A DNA stretch of 64,000 nucleotides from Candidatus Hydrogenedentota bacterium (GTDB taxonomy: Bacteria > Hydrogenedentota > Hydrogenedentia > Hydrogenedentales > SLHB01), in contig CAXXYE010000009.1 in the NCBI GenBank assembly GCA_963674865.2, forward strand, positions 1,504,001 through 1,568,000, written 5' to 3'. How positions within the stretch are numbered: the stretch's first letter is position 1; each line of letters begins with the position of its first letter. Below the pieces are notes generated by a model. That model was not told where the DNA came from. It ran no database searches and was given only the letters and a program-made list of their open reading frames with translations. A program made the position numbers and the translations under genes. Below are positions 9,812-19,467 of this stretch, in pieces.

Positions 9812-9908
9812 TCTTCGTGCCTTTCCTATCCATTCTGATTGTTTGCGGGCGCGGAGCAGCCCGCAGCTTGCGCCGTAGGATACAACTTTTTGGGGGCCGC
9901 GGCCAACG

Positions 9909-12038
9909 TCACCGTTCGGGACGGCTTCGCGCTTCGACTCGGGCAAAAATGAAGGCCAACTTCTCCGGGATCTCGGCACGGAGGATGCCTTGCTCGAGCG
10001 TGGCGGCTCCCTGCCCCGAGAGGAGCCTGATCGGGTGGCTTTCGGCGGAGAAGACAGGGAGTGGCGAGAGCCATGTGCTGTCGTCGTTCCATTCGCGGAA
10101 AAGAAGTAGGTAGCCCTCCTGCCTGTCCGGCGTTACCGAGACGAAGCCCGTCCACGAGGTGCCGTCGGGCGTAGCGCCTATGGGAAGGATGCAGCCGGAG
10201 AAGATCGCCGCCCGGTGGGCCTTCCACACTTTGATGAGGGGCGCTATCCCTTCTATGAACGGCCCCGGCAATCCCGAATTCTCGAACCAGCCCAGCGGGT
10301 TCGCAAACATAGTAACCGCAAAGAGATAGGTCGGATCGTAACGCGCTGGTGATAGGGGGTCGTTACCGTAGAGTTCCACGTTTCGTGCGCTGTTAAGAAA
10401 CTCCACGCGCAGGCGTAAGGGATCCACGAAATGGGAGAGCCTCCAAAGATTACGCAGCGTCTGGTGGGGCCAGTAGCGGCGCCAGTCGGTGTAACGGTTC
10501 TCGATGAAAAGCGGCCCCGTGTCCATTCGCGAAAAGTATCCGGGGCGTATCTCGGCGGTCACGTCGAGGTCGAGCACAATCCGCCCCGCCGATTCTCCAA
10601 GGACGGTGTCGAAGAACCGGCCTAGGTTGCGCTCGGCCTCTTTCCCGGCCAACTTGACGCTGTCGAGCTTGAAATGGCTGATGCCGTGTTGGCGGTGCAG
10701 CGCGAGGAGCACTTCAGCATCCTTATCCCAATTGACGAAGTCCTCCGCCGAGTCGGGCGCGAACCACAGTCCCAGCTTGATGCCGCTCGATTCGCATTGC
10801 TCGACGAGGGGGCGTAGCCCGTGGGGAAGCCGTTCCGGATCCGGTTCCCAGAAACGCGGATCCTGTGCCCAGTAGCCTTGCCAAACGCCGCCCGGGCGTG
10901 CCGAGACGCGAGTCACGCCCCTCTCCCAACCTTCGTCGATCTGCACCACGTCGGCGCCCAGGCGCGCCGCGGCGTCGATCTCCTCCGTGATGAAGTCTTC
11001 GCAGATACGTGTGTCGCGCGAGCGGTCGCCCCATGTATTTGTCATGAGCAGGCCGTCACGTCCCGGCTCGTAGCGGCGGAACTGGCGCTGGTACTTCTGG
11101 AGCGTCTCGGTAAGTCCCAGGCGGCCCCCGGTATAGGCCAGGAGTACGAAGGGATAGCCCGGACAGGCGTGCCTGCCGGCGCCGTGTCCGTAGAATCCGA
11201 AGTGGAACGCGAGCGGATATCCGGGATGTCCCGGCCCAAACGTGGCGGAATCTCCATACACAAAGCCGGCCGGACGTCCGGCGACGCACAGATCCGCCTC
11301 GGTACGATGGGGCCGCGCGTGAGGCAGCGGCGCGTGCTTCAGGAAAGCCAGGCCGGCGCCCGTGAGCGTATTCTCGACAACAAAGAGATTGCCCGCCAGA
11401 CGAATGTGCCTCTCATTGGGATGCAGCAGCCACTCATTCTCGAAAACCAACTCATTGTGGGCGTCGGTTTGATCCCGCAAGTCGACATGAGTGAGGCGGA
11501 GGTGCGTCGGTGCGGCGGCAAACCGTTCGAGGGAGTTGAGAAAGGGGAGCGGGTCGGCGGCGGGCGGCTCGTCCAGCTCGAGTCCCGTAGGCGCCTGGCT
11601 GACGTTCAGCGCTCCGGCGTCCTCGTGTGCCGTCCGGGCCGTCCTCAAGCCTTGCGCTTCGAGCGACATCATCACGCCGCGCACCTGTGCGAATAGCTTG
11701 AATCGGTACAGGAGCGTTGCCGACGCGCCCGCAGCCTCGAGTTCGATCCGTAGCGACGGCTCTTCCGTGGGCCCAGCGGCCCCTTGAGCCGTGCGGAATG
11801 AGACGGTGCGCGACTCCTCCGGCAGGGGGGCTTCGGGATAGGGAGCCGGAAGACGCGCCGGGCGGGCAAGCCACTCGCGCTGGGCGACTTTGTCGAAGAG
11901 CGATGTGGGATACAGCAGGCCGTTCTCGATGCGCCAATGCCGCTCGAACTGAGCATTCCCGACAGTCAGCGAATCCTCCTCAAAGACTGCGTAGCACGTC
12001 CCGTAACGGGCTTCCCGGGGAGAGATATCGGCTGGCAT
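9909..12038 (-). CDS. Alpha-galactosidase-like, GH36 family
   Basis: NTWG, QIDEGW, GLWFAPD, FKLD and FIENRYTD motifs of GH36-type barrels. Confidence 0.75.
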   Translation of the reverse strand: MPADISPREARYGTCYAVFEEDSLTVGNAQFERHWRIENGLLYPTSLFDKVAQREWLARPARLPAPYPEAPLPEESRTVSFRTAQGAAGPTEEPSLRIELEAAGASATLLYRFKLFAQVRGVMMSLEAQGLRTARTAHEDAGALNVSQAPTGLELDEPPAADPLPFLNSLERFAAAPTHLRLTHVDLRDQTDAHNELVFENEWLLHPNERHIRLAGNLFVVENTLTGAGLAFLKHAPLPHARPHRTEADLCVAGRPAGFVYGDSATFGPGHPGYPLAFHFGFYGHGAGRHACPGYPFVLLAYTGGRLGLTETLQKYQRQFRRYEPGRDGLLMTNTWGDRSRDTRICEDFITEEIDAAARLGADVVQIDEGWERGVTRVSARPGGVWQGYWAQDPRFWEPDPERLPHGLRPLVEQCESSGIKLGLWFAPDSAEDFVNWDKDAEVLLALHRQHGISHFKLDSVKLAGKEAERNLGRFFDTVLGESAGRIVLDLDVTAEIRPGYFSRMDTGPLFIENRYTDWRRYWPHQTLRNLWRLSHFVDPLRLRVEFLNSARNVELYGNDPLSPARYDPTYLFAVTMFANPLGWFENSGLPGPFIEGIAPLIKVWKAHRAAIFSGCILPIGATPDGTSWTGFVSVTPDRQEGYLLLFREWNDDSTWLSPLPVFSAESHPIRLLSGQGAATLEQGILRAEIPEKLAFIFARVEARSRPER

Positions 12039-12078
12039 GGGTGTGACTTCCTTCTGGGGGACTTAAGTCAGTGTGTCG

Positions 12079-13161
12079 TCAGGACTCCGAGGCGCTTCCC
12101 GGCTGCGGATCGTCCCGCAAAGCAGCCTCGTTCTCATAGCGGTATGGGGCGACATATTGGCGAAACGCCGCGAATTCGTCCGGATCGGCCAAGAGTCTAT
12201 CAAGAACGTGGAGATACTTCTCGATTCCTGCCGGATCGTAGGCTGCGCCGCATTCCGCGGCGTAGCGGCGCGTGACCTCCACGGCTACGGAGTGGCGATA
12301 CTGCTCTTCGAGTGTGCCCGATCCTAGAAAGTACCTATCGAACGTCTCGGCGTCCAGTTTCATGAGGGGGCATGCCATGGCTCGGCAATGCATGGGCATG
12401 TGGCCCCTTACGGCGCATTCCAGCCGCTCGGCGTCGAGAAACGTGCAATGACCCGCCTCCGAGCGCTCAAGCGAGAGCAAGCCCTCGGCCTTTGCCTCCA
12501 GTGTTGGCGACACGCTCTCTCTGAAGAAGTCCTCCAAGGATAAGCCCAAATGGCGCGCTATAACTCGTGCGTCCTCAAGGGTTAACGGGCGATCTGCGCA
12601 GCAGGACGCCCGCAGGTGGCACGTTCCGCAGTCAAAGGTGACAAACGTGGCGCGGTTTTCCGGATGCCGTGCCGCCTTCATGACGCCATGACGTGCGGCG
12701 GCCACGCGCGCCTCGATCTCCTCAAGCGTATCGTGGAAATCGGCCTCATCCCAGTCTGTCCCGTGCTTCTCCATGTACTGGCCGGTAACTTCCTGGGCGA
12801 TGCTGCGCTCGATAATGAACGCCAGACCTTCGGGATTGCCGAACATAAGCGCCCACGGGTAGCCTCGGATGCTCTTCATGGCCGGGTCGCAGACAAACAC
12901 GACGCACGCCGACGGCTTGGCCGGATGAACGCCGCAACGGTTGTCCTCCGTGTTGAACCGGCACCAGCCGTCGGCCTTCTTCTCTAGGAAGAGGAGACGC
13001 TCCTCGCCGGCCGAACCGCACTCGATATACTCGGTAAGTACTTCCTGCGGCGATATCTCCAGGTGTGCAGCCAACCGCTGCACGTCCACCAGTGTTACGG
13101 GCACGCGTCGCTGCCCGCAGCACAAGCCATCCTGTTTGCACTCAAATCCAGGAATGTCCAT
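12079..13161 (-). CDS. YkgJ-family cysteine-cluster (CxxCxxCC, putative Fe-S/Zn) protein with two tandem domains
   Basis: Two copies of FxC..CC...C.F....C.(V)...P..C...C. Confidence 0.8.
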   Translation of the reverse strand: MDIPGFECKQDGLCCGQRRVPVTLVDVQRLAAHLEISPQEVLTEYIECGSAGEERLLFLEKKADGWCRFNTEDNRCGVHPAKPSACVVFVCDPAMKSIRGYPWALMFGNPEGLAFIIERSIAQEVTGQYMEKHGTDWDEADFHDTLEEIEARVAAARHGVMKAARHPENRATFVTFDCGTCHLRASCCADRPLTLEDARVIARHLGLSLEDFFRESVSPTLEAKAEGLLSLERSEAGHCTFLDAERLECAVRGHMPMHCRAMACPLMKLDAETFDRYFLGSGTLEEQYRHSVAVEVTRRYAAECGAAYDPAGIEKYLHVLDRLLADPDEFAAFRQYVAPYRYENEAALRDDPQPGSASES

Positions 13162-13266
13162 CAGTCATCTCGGCGTAGGCGCTTACCAGCATGCACATAG
13201 GATACCATGCCCGCCAGAGCCTGGGGACATACTCGTCTACTGGGCCACTGGCCGGCGCGGCGGCGC

Positions 13267-13665
13267 TCACGCCCCAAGCTCTTCCAAGACAGCCTCGAGC
13301 GTCGTTACGCGCCTCACAGTCGGGTGGTAGAAGAAGACGGACTGACTTGTCTTGTTGCCGAGGACATAGACGCGGGGACGGCCGGTGTACAGGTTCGCCA
13401 TGATGGCCGCGCCGAGTTCCGCATACTTGGCCCGGCCGTCGGCCGGTTCTGCGAGGAGGATGAAGACGTCGCAATCCTGGACGCCCCGCATATCGCGGAC
13501 TGCGATTTCTCCGACTCTTTCAGGATGTTCGTCCCGCTCCTTGCCGAATACGCCTGGATAGGAAGTCCAATCCACCGTGATCTCATGTCCAAGCGCGCGC
13601 AATTGCCGCTGGATGGCCCGGACACGCTCCTTTTCCCCGACATACGACGCGATGTAGAACTTCAT
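13267..13665 (-). CDS. Nucleoside 2-deoxyribosyltransferase-like / Rcl-like N-glycosidase
   Basis: KFYIAS...DMRGVQDCDVFILL...KYAELGAA matches the Y..D..E pattern of the NDT fold. ATG at 13665 follows GAGGA. Confidence 0.7.
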   Translation of the reverse strand: MKFYIASYVGEKERVRAIQRQLRALGHEITVDWTSYPGVFGKERDEHPERVGEIAVRDMRGVQDCDVFILLAEPADGRAKYAELGAAIMANLYTGRPRVYVLGNKTSQSVFFYHPTVRRVTTLEAVLEELGA

Positions 13666-13932
13666 TTCTTCCTCCGGGCGTTCGCCCCGGTGCCTCGTGG
13701 CGCCGCCGCGATACGGGAAAGAGTATTCCGCTCGATTGCCGCCGTCAACATACCGCCCGCCGTGAGGGACTATGGGCCAGGCAATGTTGTCGAATTGTCC
13801 CCAAGGGTGAGCAATCTGCCATCGTCGGCGCGTGTATGGTTTCACAGAGGCCATGGCCATACTGGCCCGCCTCTTTGTCTTTCCTCACATACTGATCTGC
13901 ACAATGTGTGGGCCTTCTCGGCAACAAATTGC

Positions 13933-13941
13933 TGCTATAAT
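13933..13941 (+). promoter_or_regulatory. Extended -10 promoter element (TGcTATAAT) upstream of the DUF2971 gene
   Basis: Perfect TGnTATAAT in an intergenic region; the same element precedes rnpB. Confidence 0.5.
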
Positions 13942-14053
13942 GAGTCCTGCACCGTATGGACTTCGCGAGGCCAATGTGGTTAGAGGTCGGCAGCACCGGA
14001 CGACTGCCATAGATGATGGGGGAGTCTGAAGACCCACCAGGGACTTACTTGTA

Positions 14054-14905
14054 GTGATACCACCACAGACAATTCCAAAATATCTATATAAGTATATGCG
14101 CAAGGATCTCTGCCGTATCGGCGACATCCTTGTCCACCAACGAATCTACTTCGCGCGGCCGGATCGCTTCAGCGACCCCTTCGATTGCGCGCTCGGCGTA
14201 GATCTGAGCGGTGGCGCGACAGACGACGACTGGGTGGAGTACTTCATCCATCTTGACAGATTGGAGAGGACGAATGTGCGTGCTGAGGAGAGGCGAGAAA
14301 GGGCCTTGGACAACGTCAGGAGAGAACAACATAGAAAGCCGGCATTCCTTGACCGCGCAGAACGCGAAATCCGCCAGGCCGTGAAAAAGGTCGGCCGTGA
14401 GCAAGGAGTTCTCTGCCTTAGTTCCGATCCGGGAAATGTCATGATGTGGGCACACTACGCGGACAACCACGAGGGCGTGATGCTGCGTTTTGACTCCAGC
14501 TACATGGCTGACGAGGCATCTGGCGAACCACGCGGTTTCAAGGTGAAATATGTTCGCTCCTTTCCACGGCTTCGCGACTACCTTGAGGTCGTTCGGCGAG
14601 ACAAGAACAATGACTGGCGAGCCGCGATAGAGTTATTCTTCTGCCGCAAGTCCCGCGACTGGGAATATGAGAAGGAATGGCGGTTCTTTGCGCGCACTCC
14701 TGACTCATATGTTCCATTAGCCACGCAGACGCTCTCAGGCATAGTGTTTGGATGGAAGATGCCCGAGAGCGTGAGGAACCTGATCGCGTCTTGGGCGAAT
14801 ACTCTCACTCCTCCTCCGCACCTACTGCAGGCAGTGCCGTGTCGAGATCGTTTCCGCATGGATATCGTCGACTTCACACCGATGAAGAGTGAGGATGGAC
14901 ATTGA
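14054..14905 (+). CDS. DUF2971 domain protein
   Basis: LYKY, FSDPFD, CLS..NVMMWAHYADNHEG and KSRDWEYEKEWR motifs; visibly lower GC than the flanking genes. Confidence 0.85.
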   Translation: MIPPQTIPKYLYKYMRKDLCRIGDILVHQRIYFARPDRFSDPFDCALGVDLSGGATDDDWVEYFIHLDRLERTNVRAEERRERALDNVRREQHRKPAFLDRAEREIRQAVKKVGREQGVLCLSSDPGNVMMWAHYADNHEGVMLRFDSSYMADEASGEPRGFKVKYVRSFPRLRDYLEVVRRDKNNDWRAAIELFFCRKSRDWEYEKEWRFFARTPDSYVPLATQTLSGIVFGWKMPESVRNLIASWANTLTPPPHLLQAVPCRDRFRMDIVDFTPMKSEDGH

Positions 14906-14980
14906 CCGCACTTGGGCGGACATGTGGCTCCCTTTGTCTTGCCTTACTGTTGAGTGTGGGTGAAGTTTCTTGCTTCGATG

Positions 14981-15025
14981 TTGATTTCTGTGCGAAGGCG
15001 GGGGATAATACGTATAGAATACGTA
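14981..15025 (+). promoter_or_regulatory. Toxin-antitoxin promoter with an operator repeat
   Basis: TTGATT-17 nt-GATAAT, overlapped and followed by two AATACGTA copies (15007-15014 and 15018-15025), each with the palindromic core TACGTA. Confidence 0.55.
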
Positions 15026-15037
15026 GGAATGACTCAA

Positions 15038-15268
15038 ATGCACAAGAAACTCACCATCACGGTCGATGAAGAAGTCTACGCGGGCCTGCACCGGGTGATC
15101 GGGCGGCATCGGATCAGCCAGTTTATCGAGTCGCTTGTTCGCCCCCATGTGGTCTCGGAGGAACTCTTTGCCGCTTACCGCGACATGGCGGAGGACGAGT
15201 CCCGGGAGGCGGAGGCGCTGGAATGGGCTGAGGCCACCGTAATGGATGTAGCCGATGAGGCGCGGTGA
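15038..15268 (+). CDS. Type II antitoxin (ribbon-helix-helix-like)
   Basis: [27 protein letters not shown] with an acidic C-terminus; overlaps the toxin start. Confidence 0.8.
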   Translation: MHKKLTITVDEEVYAGLHRVIGRHRISQFIESLVRPHVVSEELFAAYRDMAEDESREAEALEWAEATVMDVADEAR

Positions 15269-15596
15269 GGTCTGGTGGGTAGACTTCGGGCCTTCCGTCG
15301 GCGGCGAGATACGCGAGCAAAGACCCGCCGTTATCGTCAGCAATGATGCCGCCAACCAGCACCTGAACCGCGTCCAAGTCGTACCGCTCACCACCAAAGT
15401 CGAGAAGCTCTATCCAAGCGAGGCCTACGTCACGCTCGGTGGGAAACAGTGCAAAGCGATGGCTGACCAGATCACAACCGTCAGCAAAGCCCGTCTACGT
15501 GATCGGGCCGGGCAACTAAGCCGCGAGGATCTCCGAGCGGCCGAGGCGGCAATCAAGGTGCAGCTTGGCTTGGGGGAGCGTGGCGGGATAAGCTGA
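15255..15596 (+). CDS. mazF: PemK/MazF-family toxin (endoribonuclease)
   Basis: [15 protein letters not shown]....[16 protein letters not shown] and DQITTVSK motifs. Confidence 0.92.
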   Translation: MRRGEVWWVDFGPSVGGEIREQRPAVIVSNDAANQHLNRVQVVPLTTKVEKLYPSEAYVTLGGKQCKAMADQITTVSKARLRDRAGQLSREDLRAAEAAIKVQLGLGERGGIS

Positions 15597-15779
15597 AGTC
15601 TAGGCTCCAAATGCCCACTTTCGCTTGGCGTGACGCACCTCGCAGGCTTCGGTTGACTTGCTGCGTGGCCGTGCGGATACTGGGCCGGTGGCCTGAGCGC
15701 CCGCGCGTTTTCCTCCTCATCCAACGGTGATCGGCGGAATCGCGCGGCGCGGCATGGGGAGCATGGCGGTAAAACACTG

Positions 15780-18700
15780 ATGCGGCAGATGTTGGCATTG
15801 GGGCTGGCGGCTACGGCGGCGTTGTTGGCCGGGGCGGCCATGGCCGGCGAGGGTGGCGTGACGATGGACACGTGGGACACGTTTTACAAACTGCGTGGCG
15901 GGCTCAACCGGTGCCGCGAGACGTTCTTACGCACGGGGCAGGGCCGCGTCGCCTTCCTGGGCGGCTCGATCACGAAGATGGCCGGTTGGCGGGACCTGAC
16001 ATACGAAACCCTCCGCAAGCGTTTTCCCAAGGTGGATTTCGAGTTCGTCAACGCGGGGATCGGCGGCACGAACTCAACTCTGGGCGCGTTCCGGTTCGAG
16101 GAGGATGTCTTCGGGCGTGGCCCCGTGGACCTGCTATTCCTCGAGTACGCGGTGAATGACTCCGGCGCCGCGGGGCCCGACAACCGCCGGATCCGGGCCA
16201 TGGAGGGGATCGTTCGCCGGGCGCGCCGGCTCAACCCTTCCATTGACATACTCATCCTCTACTTCGCTGACAGGAACAAGGTCGAAGCCATCACAGAGGG
16301 CGAAACACCGGCCGTCATCGTCGACCACGAGCGGGTTGCGGCCTACTACGAGTTGCCTGCCTTGAATCTCGCGGCCGATATCACGCGCCGGCTCAACGCC
16401 GATGAATTCGCCTGGAATCGATTCGCCGGTGACGCGTGCCACCCGCTGCCTTTCGGCCACGAGTGCTACGCCGAGCGGATCACATCGTTTCTCGACGTGG
16501 CCTGGGCGGACGAAACGCCCTCGGACGCGCCGCCCAGTCGCCCGCTGCCGATTCCGTTGGATCCGAGGAACTACGAATACGGCAGCTTCGTCGAACTCGA
16601 TGAGGCCAAGAGCGTTAGCGGCTGGACTCGCATCAACGCGTGGGATGCCGAGAAGAAGTGCAATTACGAAGGAAGCGTAGACGTTTTCGCCGCGGATTCG
16701 CCCGGCGCAGTGCTCGAAGTGCCCTTCTCTGGCCGTGTCATCGGAATCTCTGCCTTCGCCGGTATGGACGCAGGCGTCCTCGAGTGCGTTGTGGACGGCG
16801 GGCCGCCTCGACGGATTGATCTGTTCGATATGTACTGCAAACAGTTCCATCGCCCCGTGTGCCGGATACTGGCGGAAGACTTGCCGCGCGGCCCGCATCT
16901 TCTTTCCTTGCGCGTAGCCGATACCAAGAATGCGGCAAGCGACGGATACGCCGCGCGGATAGGCCGCTTTCTCGTGAGCGCAGAGGGGGCCGCGCCGGCC
17001 GGAGATGCTCAAAGTGGGGCCGCGTTGCGTTCGCTCGCGCCCGAAAAGATATTGGCGAAGCTCGATCTCGCCGCGCCGGGCCTCGAAAGCGTTAGAGCCA
17101 AAGCGTCGCAAGGCGATGAACCGGGCGCGCTCGCTGCGCTGCTCGCGTACTACCGAGATGAGTATCCCTTGCCGGAAACGCCGGGGCGTGCGAGCCAGTC
17201 GGATATCGAGTCGGCCGACGCCACCGTGAACCACGTATTCCAGTGGGGGCCTTACGAGCCTGCGCAGTATGGCCCCGACGTCGATTGGGCCTGGGATCCT
17301 CGCGGAGATATCGAGTGGGTGGCGGCCATTTACCGGTTCTACTGGGCAGGGCCCTTGGTACGAGCTTATGGGGCGACGCGCGACGAGAAGTACGTCCGTG
17401 CCTTTGTCGAACTGACCGCCGATTGGATTGCGAAGCATCCCCTTGAGGAGCGGGAGCGGACCCATCCCGTATACACCTACTGGCGCGGCTTCCCCTGGCT
17501 GGATATCCAGACGGGCATCCGTGCCACAAGTTTGTGCGAAGCATTCCCAGTACTTGTGCACGGCGACGCCTTCACCCCCGCGTTCCTCGGCGTCTTCCTG
17601 GCGAGTCTCTACGACCACCAGGCCAAGACGGAACGGTTTCCCATGGGCAAGATCCACAATAAGGCAATCTTCGAGCAAAGGGGCTTCGTGAATGTGGCAT
17701 TCACATTTCCGGAGTTTGAAGAATCTCGCGCCTGGCTGAAACTGGCGCTCGAGCGTTCGCGCGAGAACCTCCTGGCGCAAACCACCACCGACGGCGTCCA
17801 ACGGGAATGGAGCGGAGGATATCATTCAGGCGTTCTCAGGGACGCCGTGGAGATCATGCAGCGCATGGAGGCCGTGGGCATTCCGGTGCCTCAAGACTAC
17901 TGCGAGCGCGTCCGCGCCATGTATGATTATCTCTTCGCCATCGCCACGCCCGAACTTGGCTATACCATGTTTGGCGACGCCAGCCGGCCGGCGGCTGTGC
18001 CTGACGACCGCGCGCGTTGGCCTTTGTACAACACGCTTGTGGCCGCCTCGGAACTTCTTAACGATCCCAAGTACGCCGCCCGGGCGCGACTGGAGCGCCC
18101 CGCGCTGCCGGAGCAGACGAGTTACGCCTTCAGCGAGGCGGGGATGTATGCATTGCGGAGCGACTGGGGCCCCGAGCAGGTCTATCTGGCGCTGCACTGC
18201 TCGCCGCCCGCTATCAGTAGCCACGATCAGGCCGATAATGGCACCTTCGAGCTATATGCCTATGGCCGATGGCTGATGCCGGATACCGGTTTCTATACCT
18301 ATGGCCACGATCCTGAGGCCCGCGCATGGCACCGCCGCACGTCCGTCCATCAGACACTGACGCTCAACGGGCAAGACACGGCCGTCGCAGGGAAAGAGCT
18401 TCTGTGGCATGCCGCGCCGGGGCTCGATGCGGTCGTTGTCGAGAACGCCTCCTATGACAAGCTTGTCCACCGGCGGACGATTTGGTTTATTGAGAGCGCA
18501 TTTTTCGCTGTTCTGGACGAGGCCATTGGACATGCGGCGGGCGCGCTGGACCTGCATTTCCAGTTCGCGCCGGGTGCCGCACAGATTAACGCGTCGCGAC
18601 ACTGGGCGGCGACAGGTTTCGACGATGCGAACGTCCTTGTGTGGGCCTCGCCCGACGCCCCCGTGGACGTCGAGGAAGAGGAGGGATGGTTTGCCTGGAA

Positions 18701-18941
18701 GTACGGCCACCGTACCGAGCGCAGGGCGTTCCGGTTCCGTCACCGCGGCGTCGCGCCCGCGTCCTTTCTTACCTTGCTCGTGCCGTATCGCGGTTGCGCA
18801 GTGCCGGAGGTGAGCGCGTCCCTCGTTGGCAGCTTCACCGTTGGCGACGAACGTGTGGAAACGCACGTAGAAGCATTTGGCAAAGCCTGGCGCTTGGGGC
18901 GCGATGTGGCCCAAGGGCAGGCCTGGTGTGTGCCCGAATAG
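15780..18941 (+). CDS. Secreted fusion of an SGNH/GDSL esterase and a heparinase II/III-like (PL12-like) lyase
   Basis: Signal peptide; SGNH blocks FLGGSIT, NAGIGG, EYAVND and DACHP. The C-terminal half has DGVQREWSGGYH, GMYALRSDW, HDQADNGTFEL and HQTLTLNG. Confidence 0.8.
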   Translation: MRQMLALGLAATAALLAGAAMAGEGGVTMDTWDTFYKLRGGLNRCRETFLRTGQGRVAFLGGSITKMAGWRDLTYETLRKRFPKVDFEFVNAGIGGTNSTLGAFRFEEDVFGRGPVDLLFLEYAVNDSGAAGPDNRRIRAMEGIVRRARRLNPSIDILILYFADRNKVEAITEGETPAVIVDHERVAAYYELPALNLAADITRRLNADEFAWNRFAGDACHPLPFGHECYAERITSFLDVAWADETPSDAPPSRPLPIPLDPRNYEYGSFVELDEAKSVSGWTRINAWDAEKKCNYEGSVDVFAADSPGAVLEVPFSGRVIGISAFAGMDAGVLECVVDGGPPRRIDLFDMYCKQFHRPVCRILAEDLPRGPHLLSLRVADTKNAASDGYAARIGRFLVSAEGAAPAGDAQSGAALRSLAPEKILAKLDLAAPGLESVRAKASQGDEPGALAALLAYYRDEYPLPETPGRASQSDIESADATVNHVFQWGPYEPAQYGPDVDWAWDPRGDIEWVAAIYRFYWAGPLVRAYGATRDEKYVRAFVELTADWIAKHPLEERERTHPVYTYWRGFPWLDIQTGIRATSLCEAFPVLVHGDAFTPAFLGVFLASLYDHQAKTERFPMGKIHNKAIFEQRGFVNVAFTFPEFEESRAWLKLALERSRENLLAQTTTDGVQREWSGGYHSGVLRDAVEIMQRMEAVGIPVPQDYCERVRAMYDYLFAIATPELGYTMFGDASRPAAVPDDRARWPLYNTLVAASELLNDPKYAARARLERPALPEQTSYAFSEAGMYALRSDWGPEQVYLALHCSPPAISSHDQADNGTFELYAYGRWLMPDTGFYTYGHDPEARAWHRRTSVHQTLTLNGQDTAVAGKELLWHAAPGLDAVVVENASYDKLVHRRTIWFIESAFFAVLDEAIGHAAGALDLHFQFAPGAAQINASRHWAATGFDDANVLVWASPDAPVDVEEEEGWFAWKYGHRTERRAFRFRHRGVAPASFLTLLVPYRGCAVPEVSASLVGSFTVGDERVETHVEAFGKAWRLGRDVAQGQAWCVPE

Positions 18942-19020
18942 ACGATCCTATGGGCGGTGGATGTGAAAGATAATTGTTCGACCATGCGCCGGCGTCCTCC
19001 GGCGTGCTTGAGGAGTTGCC

Positions 19021-19410
19021 ATGTACCGACTTGATCATGTTGCTTTGCAGGTTCGAGATCTGGAAGCGTCCATCGCGTTCTACCGGAACAGCCTTGGCCT
19101 GAAATTGCTGTTCAGCAAGGTGGACGAGGCCCATGGTGAGGCGTTTGCCTTCCTTGAGTTGGAGGGCGGGAACCTCGAACTGCTCCAGGCGCTGGGGGAT
19201 GGCGAGACGGCCGCTGCGCCGCCCGCACCGCGTAAGCCATACTGCCCGCACGTGGCCCTCGTTACAGAGGATATGGACGCGTGCGTCGCCGAATTGCAGC
19301 AGAAGGGCGTGCCCATCGTCGACGGCCCACTCGAGATCCCGGGGTCGGTGCGTTGGCTCTATATCGCCGATCCGGACAACAACGTGCTCGAATTCGTACA
19401 GTGGCTCTAG
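19021..19410 (+). CDS. VOC / glyoxalase family protein
   Basis: LDHVALQVRDLEASIAFY, HVAL and DPDNNVLE motifs. Confidence 0.9.
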   Translation: MYRLDHVALQVRDLEASIAFYRNSLGLKLLFSKVDEAHGEAFAFLELEGGNLELLQALGDGETAAAPPAPRKPYCPHVALVTEDMDACVAELQQKGVPIVDGPLEIPGSVRWLYIADPDNNVLEFVQWL

Positions 19411-19467
19411 GGCGCCGCTGATTGCGGGAACGCCCTTGTGTGAAGCGGACAAGCGGGGAGATAGGTG

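Noticed and set aside
16134..17825. Long antisense ORFs (563 aa here; also 2164-3321, 18835-20091, 51284-52822 and 62297-63339)
   Set aside because: Expected in high-GC DNA opposite real genes; no recognisable motifs.
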